NCBI GenBank assembly: GCA_017504655.1
Contig: JAFVQT010000036.1
Span: 33,062 to 97,061 of the forward strand
Source: Clostridia bacterium
Lineage (GTDB): Bacteria; Bacillota; Clostridia; Christensenellales; Borkfalkiaceae
Direction of reading: 5' to 3'
Length of the DNA: 64,000 nt
The translations under genes were made by a program, and so were the position numbers. Position 1 is the first letter of the stretch. Each line of letters starts with the position of its first letter. Of the stretch, positions 54,284 through 63,661 are shown piece after piece. Below the pieces are notes generated by a model. The model made no database searches. It worked only from the letters and a program-made list of their open reading frames with translations, and had not been told where the DNA came from.

Positions 54284-56407
54284 ATGTTACCTGTTGAAAA
54301 AAAAGTAAAGTTGCCCGAAAATAATTTTCCCACGCTTTGGCAAGCTGTGCTTTTTCGCAACATTGGATTTGTTCCGGTTGATAAAATCGCAAGCGTATTG
54401 AAATGCTCTGTCAGCGTTGTTTCGGCTGAGGCAAAAAGGCTTGGCTTAGAGCATATAAGCTACGATGAAAATTGGGAAAAGTTAGGCTATATGACGGTTA
54501 TTCGCAATAACTGGTATTTATTGCCGTATAATCAGCTACTTAATTTACTTGGTTTTAGCGAAGAAAGATTAGACTTTATTTTAAAAAATGAAGACTTTTT
54601 TGGTGAAAAGTTGGGTGGTTTTAAACCCGAACTTACAGAGATTGTTTATGAGCCTTTAACTAAAGAGCAAATTGAAAAGACCGAGCAGATTGCATGTATA
54701 ATAAGGCGCGAATATAGTGTCAGCTTTGCTAAAAAGTTTAACTTTTTTAATGAGGATAGCAAAGAGATAAGTGTTTTGCATAAGAGAAGTGGAATAAGGA
54801 TTGTTCACGGCTATTTAACCCCTTGCGGTGACGTTTTTAGTGAAGATAGCGAAAAGTATATGCCCGACGCACTTTTAGAGGAGTATGCTCGCGTGGGTAT
54901 AAACGGCGTCTGGGTGCATGCAATGTTGTCAACACTTTCTCCTTATCCGTTTGATAAAACTTTAGGTGACGGCTATAAGCAAAGAAGGTTGGCGTTACAA
55001 AAACTTGTTGATAGATGCGCAAGATTTGGCGTTAAGGTTTATTTGTACCTAAATGAACCAAGGGGAGTTTTCGTTGAAAAACTGGGTGAATTTAAGCATT
55101 TAGCAGGAAGAATAGAAAATGGTGTTGCCAGCCTTTGTTTTGAGCATAAAGAAGTTCAAGATTATTTATATAGCGCAGTTAAAGACCTTTTTGAAAACGT
55201 ACACGGCATAGGTGGTTGTTTTACTATTACAATGAGTGAGAATCAAACGCATTGCCATTTTAGACAGGGTAATAATTGTCCAATTTGCAGTGGTGTTTCA
55301 CCTGAAGAAGTAACTTCTCGCATTAATAACGTTATCGCAAAAGCAGTTAAAGATAGTGGAGCAAATGCTGAGGTTATCGCAAATCTTTGGGGTTGGTCAA
55401 CTTATATGGGTTGGACGGAAGAGCAACTGATAAACGGTATTAGGCTTTTAGATAAAGACGTTTCCGTTATGTGTGTAAGTGAGTTTGATTTAAACATTGA
55501 AAAGGGTGGGGTAAAAAGTAGAATAATAGACTATTCTATAGCAAATCCCGGTCCCGGTGAGGTTGCAAAAAAAGCATTGTCTTTTGCAAAAGAAAAAGGT
55601 CATAAGACCTATGCTAAAATTCAAGTTAATAATAGTTGGGAATGTTCGGCTGTGCCATATCTTCCTGTTTTTGATTTAACTTACGAGCATATAAAAAATT
55701 TAACTGAAATTGGCGTGGAAGATTATTTACTTACCTGGACGTTAGGTGGCTATCCATCGCCAACTATGGATATGATAGCCGACTATTCTTCGCAAAAAGA
55801 AAGTTTTAATTTGCAAAAATGGTACGGTAAGTTTTTTGGCGAAAAGTCTAAAGACGTTCAACTTGCAGTTGATAAAATTTGCAGTGCATTTAGGGAATAT
55901 CCTTTTAGCATACAAAACTTATATCTTTCTCCAAGAACGTTAGGTCTTGCGAATTTGTGGGACGTTGAACCTTGTGAAAAATCTTCTACAATGGTATGTT
56001 ATGCCTACGACGATTATAAAAATTGGTTAGGACCATACCCACTTGACGTGTTTGTTTCTCAATATAATAAACTTCTGACTAAGTGGCAAGAGGGTATCAA
56101 AATATTAGAAAAAATTAATGATAATCAACTTATAGATGAACTTTTAACCTATTCTAAAGTTGCTTATTATCATTTTTATTCAGATTTATTACAAACTGAG
56201 TATAGTTATAAGAAGTTAATTCAAGATAAAAATAGTGTTAATGAGCTTTTAATAAAAGAAAAGGAGTTATCAATCAAGTTGTTGGCTTTACTTAAAAAAT
56301 CGCAGTTCGTTGGTTTCGAAACGTCAAACCACTATTTTTATACCGAAAGAAACGTTTTAGAAAAACTTATAAACGTTGAGAGAATTCAAAAAGAATACGT
56401 AATTTAA
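54284..56407 (+). CDS. Putative clan GH-A TIM-barrel glycoside hydrolase. I do not recognise the family.
   Basis: GINGVWVHAML followed by VKVYLYLNEPRG contains an Asn-Glu-Pro acid/base motif typical of clan GH-A. There is no signal peptide. The flanking genes are glycan-catabolic. Confidence 0.4.
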   Translation: MLPVEKKVKLPENNFPTLWQAVLFRNIGFVPVDKIASVLKCSVSVVSAEAKRLGLEHISYDENWEKLGYMTVIRNNWYLLPYNQLLNLLGFSEERLDFILKNEDFFGEKLGGFKPELTEIVYEPLTKEQIEKTEQIACIIRREYSVSFAKKFNFFNEDSKEISVLHKRSGIRIVHGYLTPCGDVFSEDSEKYMPDALLEEYARVGINGVWVHAMLSTLSPYPFDKTLGDGYKQRRLALQKLVDRCARFGVKVYLYLNEPRGVFVEKLGEFKHLAGRIENGVASLCFEHKEVQDYLYSAVKDLFENVHGIGGCFTITMSENQTHCHFRQGNNCPICSGVSPEEVTSRINNVIAKAVKDSGANAEVIANLWGWSTYMGWTEEQLINGIRLLDKDVSVMCVSEFDLNIEKGGVKSRIIDYSIANPGPGEVAKKALSFAKEKGHKTYAKIQVNNSWECSAVPYLPVFDLTYEHIKNLTEIGVEDYLLTWTLGGYPSPTMDMIADYSSQKESFNLQKWYGKFFGEKSKDVQLAVDKICSAFREYPFSIQNLYLSPRTLGLANLWDVEPCEKSSTMVCYAYDDYKNWLGPYPLDVFVSQYNKLLTKWQEGIKILEKINDNQLIDELLTYSKVAYYHFYSDLLQTEYSYKKLIQDKNSVNELLIKEKELSIKLLALLKKSQFVGFETSNHYFYTERNVLEKLINVERIQKEYVI

Positions 56408-56522
56408 AGCAAGGCATATTAAAGCTTTGCTTTAAATTTTTGATAAATTTAAAAAAAATATTGAAATGTCTAGTAAATTTTGTTATATTTGTAATAAGTT
56501 TTATCATAAAGAGAGGGCAAAT

Positions 56523-58880
56523 ATGAAAAACTTTATTTGCATTGAAAACTGGAAACTTGCTTACGTAGATAACGCAACCTTTAAAGCGGAAAATTTAAAC
56601 CTAACAACACCTAAAGATGTTACAAAAAAGGGTTTGTCTGTTATAAATGCAAGTGTTCCGGGTAACTTTGAACTTGATTTTATGCGCGAGGGTATTTTAG
56701 ATGACGTTTATTTTGGAGCGAACTTTTTAAAGACCTATCGTCTTGAAAATCTGCATTTTTATTATTTTACAATCTTTGAGCTTGCGCATAAAGATGGTTG
56801 CAACACAGTATTATCTTTTGAAGGAATTGATACGGTTGCAGAAATTTTTGTCGATGGTGAAAAGCTTGCTTTCGTTGAAAATATGCACCACGCGCACAAG
56901 TTTGACGTTAATAACTTAAAAGAGGGTAAACACTGTTTACTCGTTCATATTTTACCTGCAGTCTTATATGCAAGACAGTTTGATATTCCATCAATGTGTT
57001 ATGGTATGAAATACAATCACGACGCAATAGAGTTGAGAAAGTCTGCGTCTATGTTTGGCTGGGATATCATGCCAAGAATTGTGTCTGCAGGGCTTTTCAA
57101 ACCAGTTAAAATTGAATACGTTAAAAAAACGAGAATTAAAGACCCGTTTGTTTATTTTGAAAGAATGAATAATGAAAAAACGGGTGGTGTAGTAATAATG
57201 ACCTTTAAAGTTGAAATAGAAGACGATTTTCTTTTCGACTATAAGGTTAAAATTAACGGTAAGTGTAAAGACCACGAATTTAACTATGAAATGGTGCCTT
57301 ATTCCGCATCAAATAGGATTGGTTTAGACTTTAAAAACCTATATTTATGGTGGCCAAAGAATTACGGTGAGCCAAATCTTTACGACATAGAGTTTTCTCT
57401 TTATAAAGGCGAAGATCTTTGTGATACAGTAACAGTTAAGACTGGTTTTAGAAAGGTTTGGCTTAAGAGGACTTCCCTTTCGGGAGATAACGGAGATTTT
57501 TGCTTTATTGTAAACGGTAAGCGCATTTTTGTTATGGGTACAAACTGGGTGCCACCTGATGTTTTTCCTTCACGTCACGGCGAGTATGAGCAAAGGGGCT
57601 TAGAGTTTGTAAATGATTTAGGCTGTAACATGGTGCGTTGTTGGGGTGGAAACACCTATCCATCGCAAAACTTCTATGATTATTGTGATGAGCATGGTAT
57701 AATGATTTGGCAAGACTTTTCAATGGGTTGTGGACATTATCCTGATGACGAAAGACTTTGTAAGCTCGTAAAAGAAGAGGTAAAGCAAACGGCAATAGCG
57801 TTTAGAAATCATCCGTCGCTTGCGCTTTGGGCAGGTGATAACGAATGCGACGTCTTCGTTGTTTACAATGCAGAAAGTGATCTTACCGAAAAAGACCAAC
57901 CTGCAAATCTCAATCCAAATTTGAACAAATTAACTCGTGACGTAATTTTAAAAGAAATAAGAAATCACGACGGAACAAGACCATACTTACCGTCTTCGCC
58001 TTACGTTGACGAGGTTGCATATTTAAAGGGTAACCCTTCCGAGCTTCATATTTGGGGGCCAAGAGATTTCTTCAAGGGCGAGTATTATAGAAATGCAAAA
58101 TGCCATTTCGCATCAGAGATTGGCTATCATGGTTGTCCTTCGCCAAAATCTATAAAGAAGTTTATATCCACTGAAAGTTTGCCAAAGAGTTCTATAACTG
58201 AAATTTACGAAAACCCAGAGTGGCTTGTTCATGCAACTTGTATGGAAACTTGTTTAGAGGGTAATCCGTTTGGGCATAGGCTTCCATTGATGGTTAGCCA
58301 AGTTGAAAGAATTTTTGGTACAGCTTCGAGTGATTTAGCAGAATTTGCACGCCAAAGTCAAATTTCTCAAGCGGAGGCAAAGAAGTTCTTTATTGAAACT
58401 TTTAGGGCTCAAAAATGGAGAAAGACGGGTATTCTTTGGTGGAACGTTATAGACGGTTGGCCACAAATTTCTGATGCTATTATAGATTGGTATGGGGTTA
58501 AAAAGCTCGCTTATAATTACATCAAGAGGTCGCAAAGTTCTTTTTGTATGATTTTTGATGAGCCGGTTGGCGGTAAGCATACGTTAATTGCGACGAACGA
58601 TTCTGTCATAGATGAAAGTGTAGATTATAAAGTAACTAACCTCGTAAATGACAAGGTTGTTTTAAGCGGTAAATTCAATTTAGCGCAATTCGGCAAGAAA
58701 GAAGTTGATAGCTTAGACGTTGAAAACAACGCTTTTTATCTTATCGAGTGGAAGTCAAAGCAAGGAGAAGGTAAAAATCACTTTGTAACGACAATAGGCG
58801 ACGGTTGGACGTACGATACGTATAAGGCTTGTATGATGAAGGCAGGCTTTTATGATGAGTTCGAGGGTTTTGATAAATAA
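56523..58880 (+). CDS. GH2-family glycosidase (beta-mannosidase / exo-glucosaminidase-like).
   Basis: The N-terminal sugar-binding and Ig-like region (ENWKLAYVDN...LSFEGIDTVAEIFVDGEKLAFVENMHHAHKFDV) and the TIM-barrel region (CNMVRCWGGNTYPSQNFYDYCDEHGIMIWQDF...HPSLALWAGDNE) match the GH2 pattern. A start at 56523 (GAGAGGG RBS) is preferred over the track's 56466. Confidence 0.65.
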   Translation: MKNFICIENWKLAYVDNATFKAENLNLTTPKDVTKKGLSVINASVPGNFELDFMREGILDDVYFGANFLKTYRLENLHFYYFTIFELAHKDGCNTVLSFEGIDTVAEIFVDGEKLAFVENMHHAHKFDVNNLKEGKHCLLVHILPAVLYARQFDIPSMCYGMKYNHDAIELRKSASMFGWDIMPRIVSAGLFKPVKIEYVKKTRIKDPFVYFERMNNEKTGGVVIMTFKVEIEDDFLFDYKVKINGKCKDHEFNYEMVPYSASNRIGLDFKNLYLWWPKNYGEPNLYDIEFSLYKGEDLCDTVTVKTGFRKVWLKRTSLSGDNGDFCFIVNGKRIFVMGTNWVPPDVFPSRHGEYEQRGLEFVNDLGCNMVRCWGGNTYPSQNFYDYCDEHGIMIWQDFSMGCGHYPDDERLCKLVKEEVKQTAIAFRNHPSLALWAGDNECDVFVVYNAESDLTEKDQPANLNPNLNKLTRDVILKEIRNHDGTRPYLPSSPYVDEVAYLKGNPSELHIWGPRDFFKGEYYRNAKCHFASEIGYHGCPSPKSIKKFISTESLPKSSITEIYENPEWLVHATCMETCLEGNPFGHRLPLMVSQVERIFGTASSDLAEFARQSQISQAEAKKFFIETFRAQKWRKTGILWWNVIDGWPQISDAIIDWYGVKKLAYNYIKRSQSSFCMIFDEPVGGKHTLIATNDSVIDESVDYKVTNLVNDKVVLSGKFNLAQFGKKEVDSLDVENNAFYLIEWKSKQGEGKNHFVTTIGDGWTYDTYKACMMKAGFYDEFEGFDK

Positions 58881-59157
58881 TCGACAACAGGTGATTTTTC
58901 GCTGTGTACGTACCTTCCTTGGTGAAGACAGGGCATTACCCTGGTAAATCGAGAATATTCGACGGATATTTTGCAAATCCAGACGAACTATAATAGCATT
59001 ATATTTTGCGCTAATCTTGCCGTAAAAAGTCGATAAATAAATTAGCGAAAATTGTATAAATTTACCGTCGAAAAAGGTCGGCGCGAAAAAAATAGAAATA
59101 TGTAAAATGTTAAATAATCGGCTTATATCCGGATTTTTTGACAAAAGAAGGTGAAAA

Positions 59158-59778
59158 ATGAAAGTTTTAATGTTAAATGGAAGTCCAAGAGTTAACGGCA
59201 ATACTCAAATTGCTTTAGAGGAGATGAAAAAGGTTTTTGTTGCAGAGGGGATTGAGGTTGAGCTCGTTCAAATTGGCAATAAAGCAATAAGGGGCTGTAT
59301 GGCTTGCGGTGGCTGTAGAAAAATAGGAAAATGCGTTTTTGACGACGGTGTAAACGGGCTTGTGGAGTCCTTCAAGGATGCAGACGGCTTAGTGGTTGGT
59401 AGCCCCGTATATTACGCATCGGCAAACGCAACGCTCATAGCAGTCTTAGACAGAATGTTCCAATGCAGCGGTTGGCTTGACAAAACTATGAAGGTGGGTG
59501 CATGCGTTGCTGTTGCAAGGCGTGGCGGAACTACTGCTACCTTTGACGAGCTTAACAAATATTTTACCATATCGGGTATGCCCGTTGCTTCGGGTCAGTA
59601 TTGGAACGGTGTTCACGGCGGAGCTCCGGGAGAGGCTGTTGAAGACGGAGAGGGCTTACAGCAAATGAGAACACTTGCAAAAAACATGACTTTTTTAATT
59701 AAGTCGATTGCGCTGGGCAAGGAAAAATTTGGGCTTCCCGAAAAGGAAAGCAGAATTGCCACAAATTTTATCAGATAG
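59158..59778 (+). CDS. Iron-sulfur flavoprotein / NADPH-dependent FMN reductase family (Isf-like).
   Basis: It has a flavodoxin-like fold start (MKVLMLNGSPRVNGNT) and a compact Cys cluster CMACGGCRKIGKC (CxxCxxCx5C). An AAGGTG RBS is present. Confidence 0.75.
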   Translation: MKVLMLNGSPRVNGNTQIALEEMKKVFVAEGIEVELVQIGNKAIRGCMACGGCRKIGKCVFDDGVNGLVESFKDADGLVVGSPVYYASANATLIAVLDRMFQCSGWLDKTMKVGACVAVARRGGTTATFDELNKYFTISGMPVASGQYWNGVHGGAPGEAVEDGEGLQQMRTLAKNMTFLIKSIALGKEKFGLPEKESRIATNFIR

Positions 59779-59984
59779 CATCAATAATTATATATATTAA
59801 GGCAAAATCAATCAAAAATTATATACCAATTATCAAAAATTAATGTTAAGCATATACTAAAGCGACAGAAAGGTTCAATATTGCAACAATTATTAACATT
59901 TTGCAATACTTATTAATTTTTAGTTGACTTTTAGTTTACTTTTGGTTTATAATCATAATATATTAATTTAAAGGAGGACGTATT

Positions 59985-61481
59985 ATGAAATTGTTCAACA
60001 AATTAGCAAGTGTACTTTTGGTAGGAGCTTTAGCCTTTATTTTCGTTGCGTGCAGTGGAGGGAATACCGCTTCACCTGAATATCCGATATTAACACCCAC
60101 ACAGCAACCCGAATCAAGTGGCGAAAATTACACCGAAATAGTAGAAAACGAGTTTGTGTCTACTATCACAAATCCAAACAGTTACTTTTCAATCGATGCA
60201 AATACTGCCTCTTATCCAAATTTAAGAAGCTTAATAAACAACGGGCACTCAATTCCTAAGGATGCAGTAAGAGTAGAGGAAATGTTAAACTACTTTAACT
60301 ACGATTATCCTACGCCGGAAGACGGTGAGGTTTTCTCGGTTACAGGCTCGCTTTTCGATACTCCGTACAATAGCCAGACCAAGCTGTTGACTATAGGTAT
60401 AAGTGCTCAAAAGATAGAGTTTTCCAACATTAAAAATAATATAGTATTCTTAATCGACGTAAGCGGTTCAATGTATTCGGCAGACAAGCTTCCGCTCGTT
60501 CAAGAGGCGTTCAGAATGCTTGCGGAAAATTTAAACCCCGAGGATAGAGTTTCTATCGTAACCTATGCAGGCGACGACAGAGTTGCATTAAGCGGTGCAT
60601 ACGGTCACGAAAAGCAGAAGATAACTGCAGTTATAGAGGATTTAGTAGCAGGCGGCTCAACAGCGGGCAGTGCAGGTATTACTACCGCATACGAGATTGC
60701 TCAGCAGTATTTTATCGAGGGTGGAAATAACAGAGTAGTTCTTGCAACCGACGGTGACTTTAACGTAGGCTTGAAAAACGTTGACGAGCTTGAAAGCTTT
60801 ATCGCTCAAAAAAGACAAACGGGCGTTTATTTCTCGGTATTTGGAGTAGGCAGAGGAAACGTTCAGTCTGATAAAATGGAAGCGTTAGCTCTTGCGGGCA
60901 ACGGTGTATGCTCGTATATAGATAGCCAAAAAGAGGCGAGAAGAGCATTGGTTGAGCAAATTGGCGGTAGCATGGTTACCGTTGCAAAGGACGTTAAAGC
61001 AGGAATAACCTTTGATAAGCAATACGTAGAAAGCTATAGGCTTATCGGTTACGAAAACAAGCTTTTAACTCAAGAGGAATTTGAAGATTCTACGACAGAC
61101 GCGGGCGAAATAGGCAGCGGTCATACTCTTACCGTAATGTATGAAATCAAGATGACCAATAAAGAATTTGTTTCGGGAGAAGAAATTGCTCAGGTAACTC
61201 TTAAATATAAGCCAACAGTTAACGTAGGCGGAAACGAAATAGAGGTTGATTTAGTTGCGGGCATTAAGACTGACGATTATCACGCAGAGCCAACAACCAA
61301 CGATATGTTCGTAGCATCGGTTGTGGAATTTGCTCTTATTTTAAGAGATTCTAAGCACAAGGCAAACGCAAACTTAAACGACCTTGTTACAAGGCTTGAC
61401 TGCTTGGATTTGTCTGACGACGAATATAAGGAAGAGTTCAGAGAGATTGTCAGAAAATACAGAAATACCGTTGAGGGTTAA
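59985..61481 (+). CDS. Lipoprotein with a von Willebrand factor A (vWA) domain (YfbK-like).
   Basis: The lipobox is FIFVACSGG. The vWA MIDAS motif is IVFLIDVSGSM plus VLATDGDFNVG, and an N-terminal DUF3520-like region precedes the vWA domain. Confidence 0.85.
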   Translation: MKLFNKLASVLLVGALAFIFVACSGGNTASPEYPILTPTQQPESSGENYTEIVENEFVSTITNPNSYFSIDANTASYPNLRSLINNGHSIPKDAVRVEEMLNYFNYDYPTPEDGEVFSVTGSLFDTPYNSQTKLLTIGISAQKIEFSNIKNNIVFLIDVSGSMYSADKLPLVQEAFRMLAENLNPEDRVSIVTYAGDDRVALSGAYGHEKQKITAVIEDLVAGGSTAGSAGITTAYEIAQQYFIEGGNNRVVLATDGDFNVGLKNVDELESFIAQKRQTGVYFSVFGVGRGNVQSDKMEALALAGNGVCSYIDSQKEARRALVEQIGGSMVTVAKDVKAGITFDKQYVESYRLIGYENKLLTQEEFEDSTTDAGEIGSGHTLTVMYEIKMTNKEFVSGEEIAQVTLKYKPTVNVGGNEIEVDLVAGIKTDDYHAEPTTNDMFVASVVEFALILRDSKHKANANLNDLVTRLDCLDLSDDEYKEEFREIVRKYRNTVEG

Positions 61482-61511
61482 CTGTAAAATAACTGTAAAA
61501 AAAGTATAATA

Positions 61512-61594
61512 AATGCGCTCTGTTTGGTGCTCCAAACAGAGCGCATTTTATCTCATACAAACAAAAAAGGCACTTGCTTAAGTGCCTTTTAACG
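61512..61594. terminator. Two consecutive bidirectional terminator hairpins between the convergent vWA and mscL genes.
   Basis: Hairpin 1 is aatgcgctctgtttgg-tgct-ccaaacagagcgcatt with T-runs on both strands. Hairpin 2 is ggcact-tgctta-agtgcc, flanked by A-run/T-run. Confidence 0.7.
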
Positions 61595-61607
61595 ATTAAT
61601 CTGTAAA

Positions 61608-62216
61608 TTATGCCTTATTTTTTAAGGTTGCGAGAATTTCTTTAAGTAAGTCCTCTGTAGTTGGGTTAGCAAGTCTGTCAAGTCTTGCCTTTTCAGCAGC
61701 GACAGCATCCTCTGCAGCCTTTTTAGCAGCCTCTTCCTCAGCCTTATTATCTAAGTATGCTTTAACAGCGTTCTTATCGTTAAGCTTGATGCCTGCAGCC
61801 TTAAGCTCTTTTCTTTGCTCCTTAGTAGGCTTGCCCTTAGCAATTGTTTGCTCGAGCTTATCACGGTTTTCTCTTGCCTTGTTAATAAATTTAACTATAA
61901 CGAAGAGTACTAATGCAATAATGAGGAAGTTTATGATTGCATTGATAAATGCGCCCCAATCAATATAGAAGCAGTTTGCAAGGTCTATAGTACCGTCTTC
62001 GAGATATGCCTTATCTCCTAAGAAGGTGTAAACCTCTGTCAAAGCATTTTTACCGAGCATAAGTGCAAGCAAATAGTTGATAATAGGCTTTAAAATAAAA
62101 TTGCTTAAGCCGTTGACGATTGCGGTAAACGCACCGCCTACGATAACGCCGACAGCCATATCAACGATATTACCGCGGGTAATAAATGTCTTGAATTCGC
62201 TAAAAAACTTTTTCAT
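61608..62216 (-). CDS. mscL: Large-conductance mechanosensitive channel MscL with an unusually long Lys/Ala/Glu-rich C-terminal extension.
   Basis: The N-terminus MKKFFSEFKTFITRGNIVDMAVGVIVGGAFTAIV matches MscL (E. coli [29 protein letters not shown]). Two TM helices are present. It is 202 aa, versus about 130-150 typical. Confidence 0.9.
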   Translation of the reverse strand: MKKFFSEFKTFITRGNIVDMAVGVIVGGAFTAIVNGLSNFILKPIINYLLALMLGKNALTEVYTFLGDKAYLEDGTIDLANCFYIDWGAFINAIINFLIIALVLFVIVKFINKARENRDKLEQTIAKGKPTKEQRKELKAAGIKLNDKNAVKAYLDNKAEEEAAKKAAEDAVAAEKARLDRLANPTTEDLLKEILATLKNKA

Positions 62217-62335
62217 ATTTGTTTTCTCCTTTTAAAAATACAGGTAGATTATACACCTATCGTCTGATATTTGTCAAACGCTATTGACAAAATCGTATAA
62301 ATTTAAAATAAATATTTTAAAGGGCAGAAAAGGCG

Positions 62336-62364
62336 TTGACATTTTATAAGTAAAGTATTAAAAT
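62336..62364 (+). promoter_or_regulatory. Candidate sigma-A promoter for the antiporter gene.
   Basis: The -35 element TTGACA (62336-41) is separated by a 17-nt spacer from the -10 element TAAAAT (62359-64). The RBS GGAG lies at 62383-86 and the ATG at 62393. Confidence 0.4.
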
Positions 62365-62392
62365 CTAAAAGATATTTACATTGGAGAAATTT

Positions 62393-63661
62393 ATGGAAAC
62401 GTTATTTAGTTTGTCAATTGCCCTTTTCGTTGGTTTAATGCTTTCGAGATTGGCAAAATTAGTTAAGCTCCCTGCAGTAACCGCTTATTTGATAACCGGC
62501 GTCTTAATCGGCCCTTGGTGCTTGGGTGCTTTCGGCATAAAAGGTCTTGGTTTTGTAAGTGAAGAGGAGTTGAAATCCTTTGGAATAATATCAGACGTGG
62601 CGCTTGGGTTTATTGCATTTTCAATAGGAAACGAGTTCCGTTTGTCACAGCTTAAGGCTATAGGTAAAAAGGCTACCGTAATAGGTATTTTTCAAGCTGT
62701 AACGGCAACTGTTTTTGTGGATGCCGCGCTTATAGGCCTACATTTTATATTAGGTGACAAATTTCCGCTCCCGGCTGCTCTCATATTAGGTGCAATTGCA
62801 TCTGCAACTGCACCTGCAGCAACGTTGATGGTTGTCCGTCAGTATAAGGCTAAAGGTCCTGTAACAGAAACTCTATTACCTGTCGTTGCAATCGATGATG
62901 CCGTTGGTTTGGTTTTATTTGCAGTATCGTTCGGTATTGCAAAGGCTATAATTTTAAATCAGGTAAGCATTATTTCAATTATCTTAGAGCCTATAATAGA
63001 GGTTGTACTATCACTTGGACTCGGTGCGGTAGTCGGTCTTTTGATAACCTATTTCGAAAGGTTTTTCCACTCGCGTTCAAAAAGACTTTCTATGTCGGTT
63101 GCCTTTGTATTTTTGACAGTAGCTCTTTCGATGTTGGAGTTTAAAATCGGTGAGGTACACGTAGCATTTTCTTCACTTTTAACTTGCATGATGCTCGGTA
63201 CTGTTTTTTGTAACTGCTGTGATTTTTCAGAGGAGCTTATGGATAGGTTGGACCGTTGGACAGCGCCCCTCTACATTTTATTCTTCGTAATAAGCGGTGC
63301 AGAGTTTGATTTCTCTCTCTTTGCAGATATACTTATCGTGTTGGTAGGTCTTGTTTATATCGTATTCCGTTGCGCAGGTAAATACAGCGGTGCGTATATG
63401 AGTTCAAAACTCGTCGGTGCAGAGCCAAATGTTGTTAAGTATCTTGGCATAACCCTCTTCCCACAGGCAGGCGTAGCTCTCGGTATGGCAATAAAATCTC
63501 AGGCTCTTGGTGAAATAGGCTTTATCGTTGCAAATATTACACTCTTCTCAGTATTAATTTACGAGCTTGTAGGTCCGTTCCTCACTAAGGTTTCTCTCAT
63601 GAAGGCAGGAGAGATTGACCCTGCGGGTAGGCTTAGTGCGAGAGGTAAAAAACACATTTAA
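62393..63661 (+). CDS. Cation:proton antiporter (CPA-family, NapA/KefB-like Na+/H+ or K+/H+ exchanger).
   Basis: It has about 12 TM helices and an N-terminus LFVGLMLSRLAKLVKLPAVTAYLITGVLIGP typical of CPA2 exchangers. An ATG at 62393 is preferred over the track's TTG at 62381. Confidence 0.8.
   Translation: METLFSLSIALFVGLMLSRLAKLVKLPAVTAYLITGVLIGPWCLGAFGIKGLGFVSEEELKSFGIISDVALGFIAFSIGNEFRLSQLKAIGKKATVIGIFQAVTATVFVDAALIGLHFILGDKFPLPAALILGAIASATAPAATLMVVRQYKAKGPVTETLLPVVAIDDAVGLVLFAVSFGIAKAIILNQVSIISIILEPIIEVVLSLGLGAVVGLLITYFERFFHSRSKRLSMSVAFVFLTVALSMLEFKIGEVHVAFSSLLTCMMLGTVFCNCCDFSEELMDRLDRWTAPLYILFFVISGAEFDFSLFADILIVLVGLVYIVFRCAGKYSGAYMSSKLVGAEPNVVKYLGITLFPQAGVALGMAIKSQALGEIGFIVANITLFSVLIYELVGPFLTKVSLMKAGEIDPAGRLSARGKKHI

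Noticed and set aside
59138-59143. TTGACA hexamer just upstream of the flavoprotein gene as a -35 element.
   Set aside because: It lies only about 15 nt before the start codon, too close to serve as a promoter for that gene.
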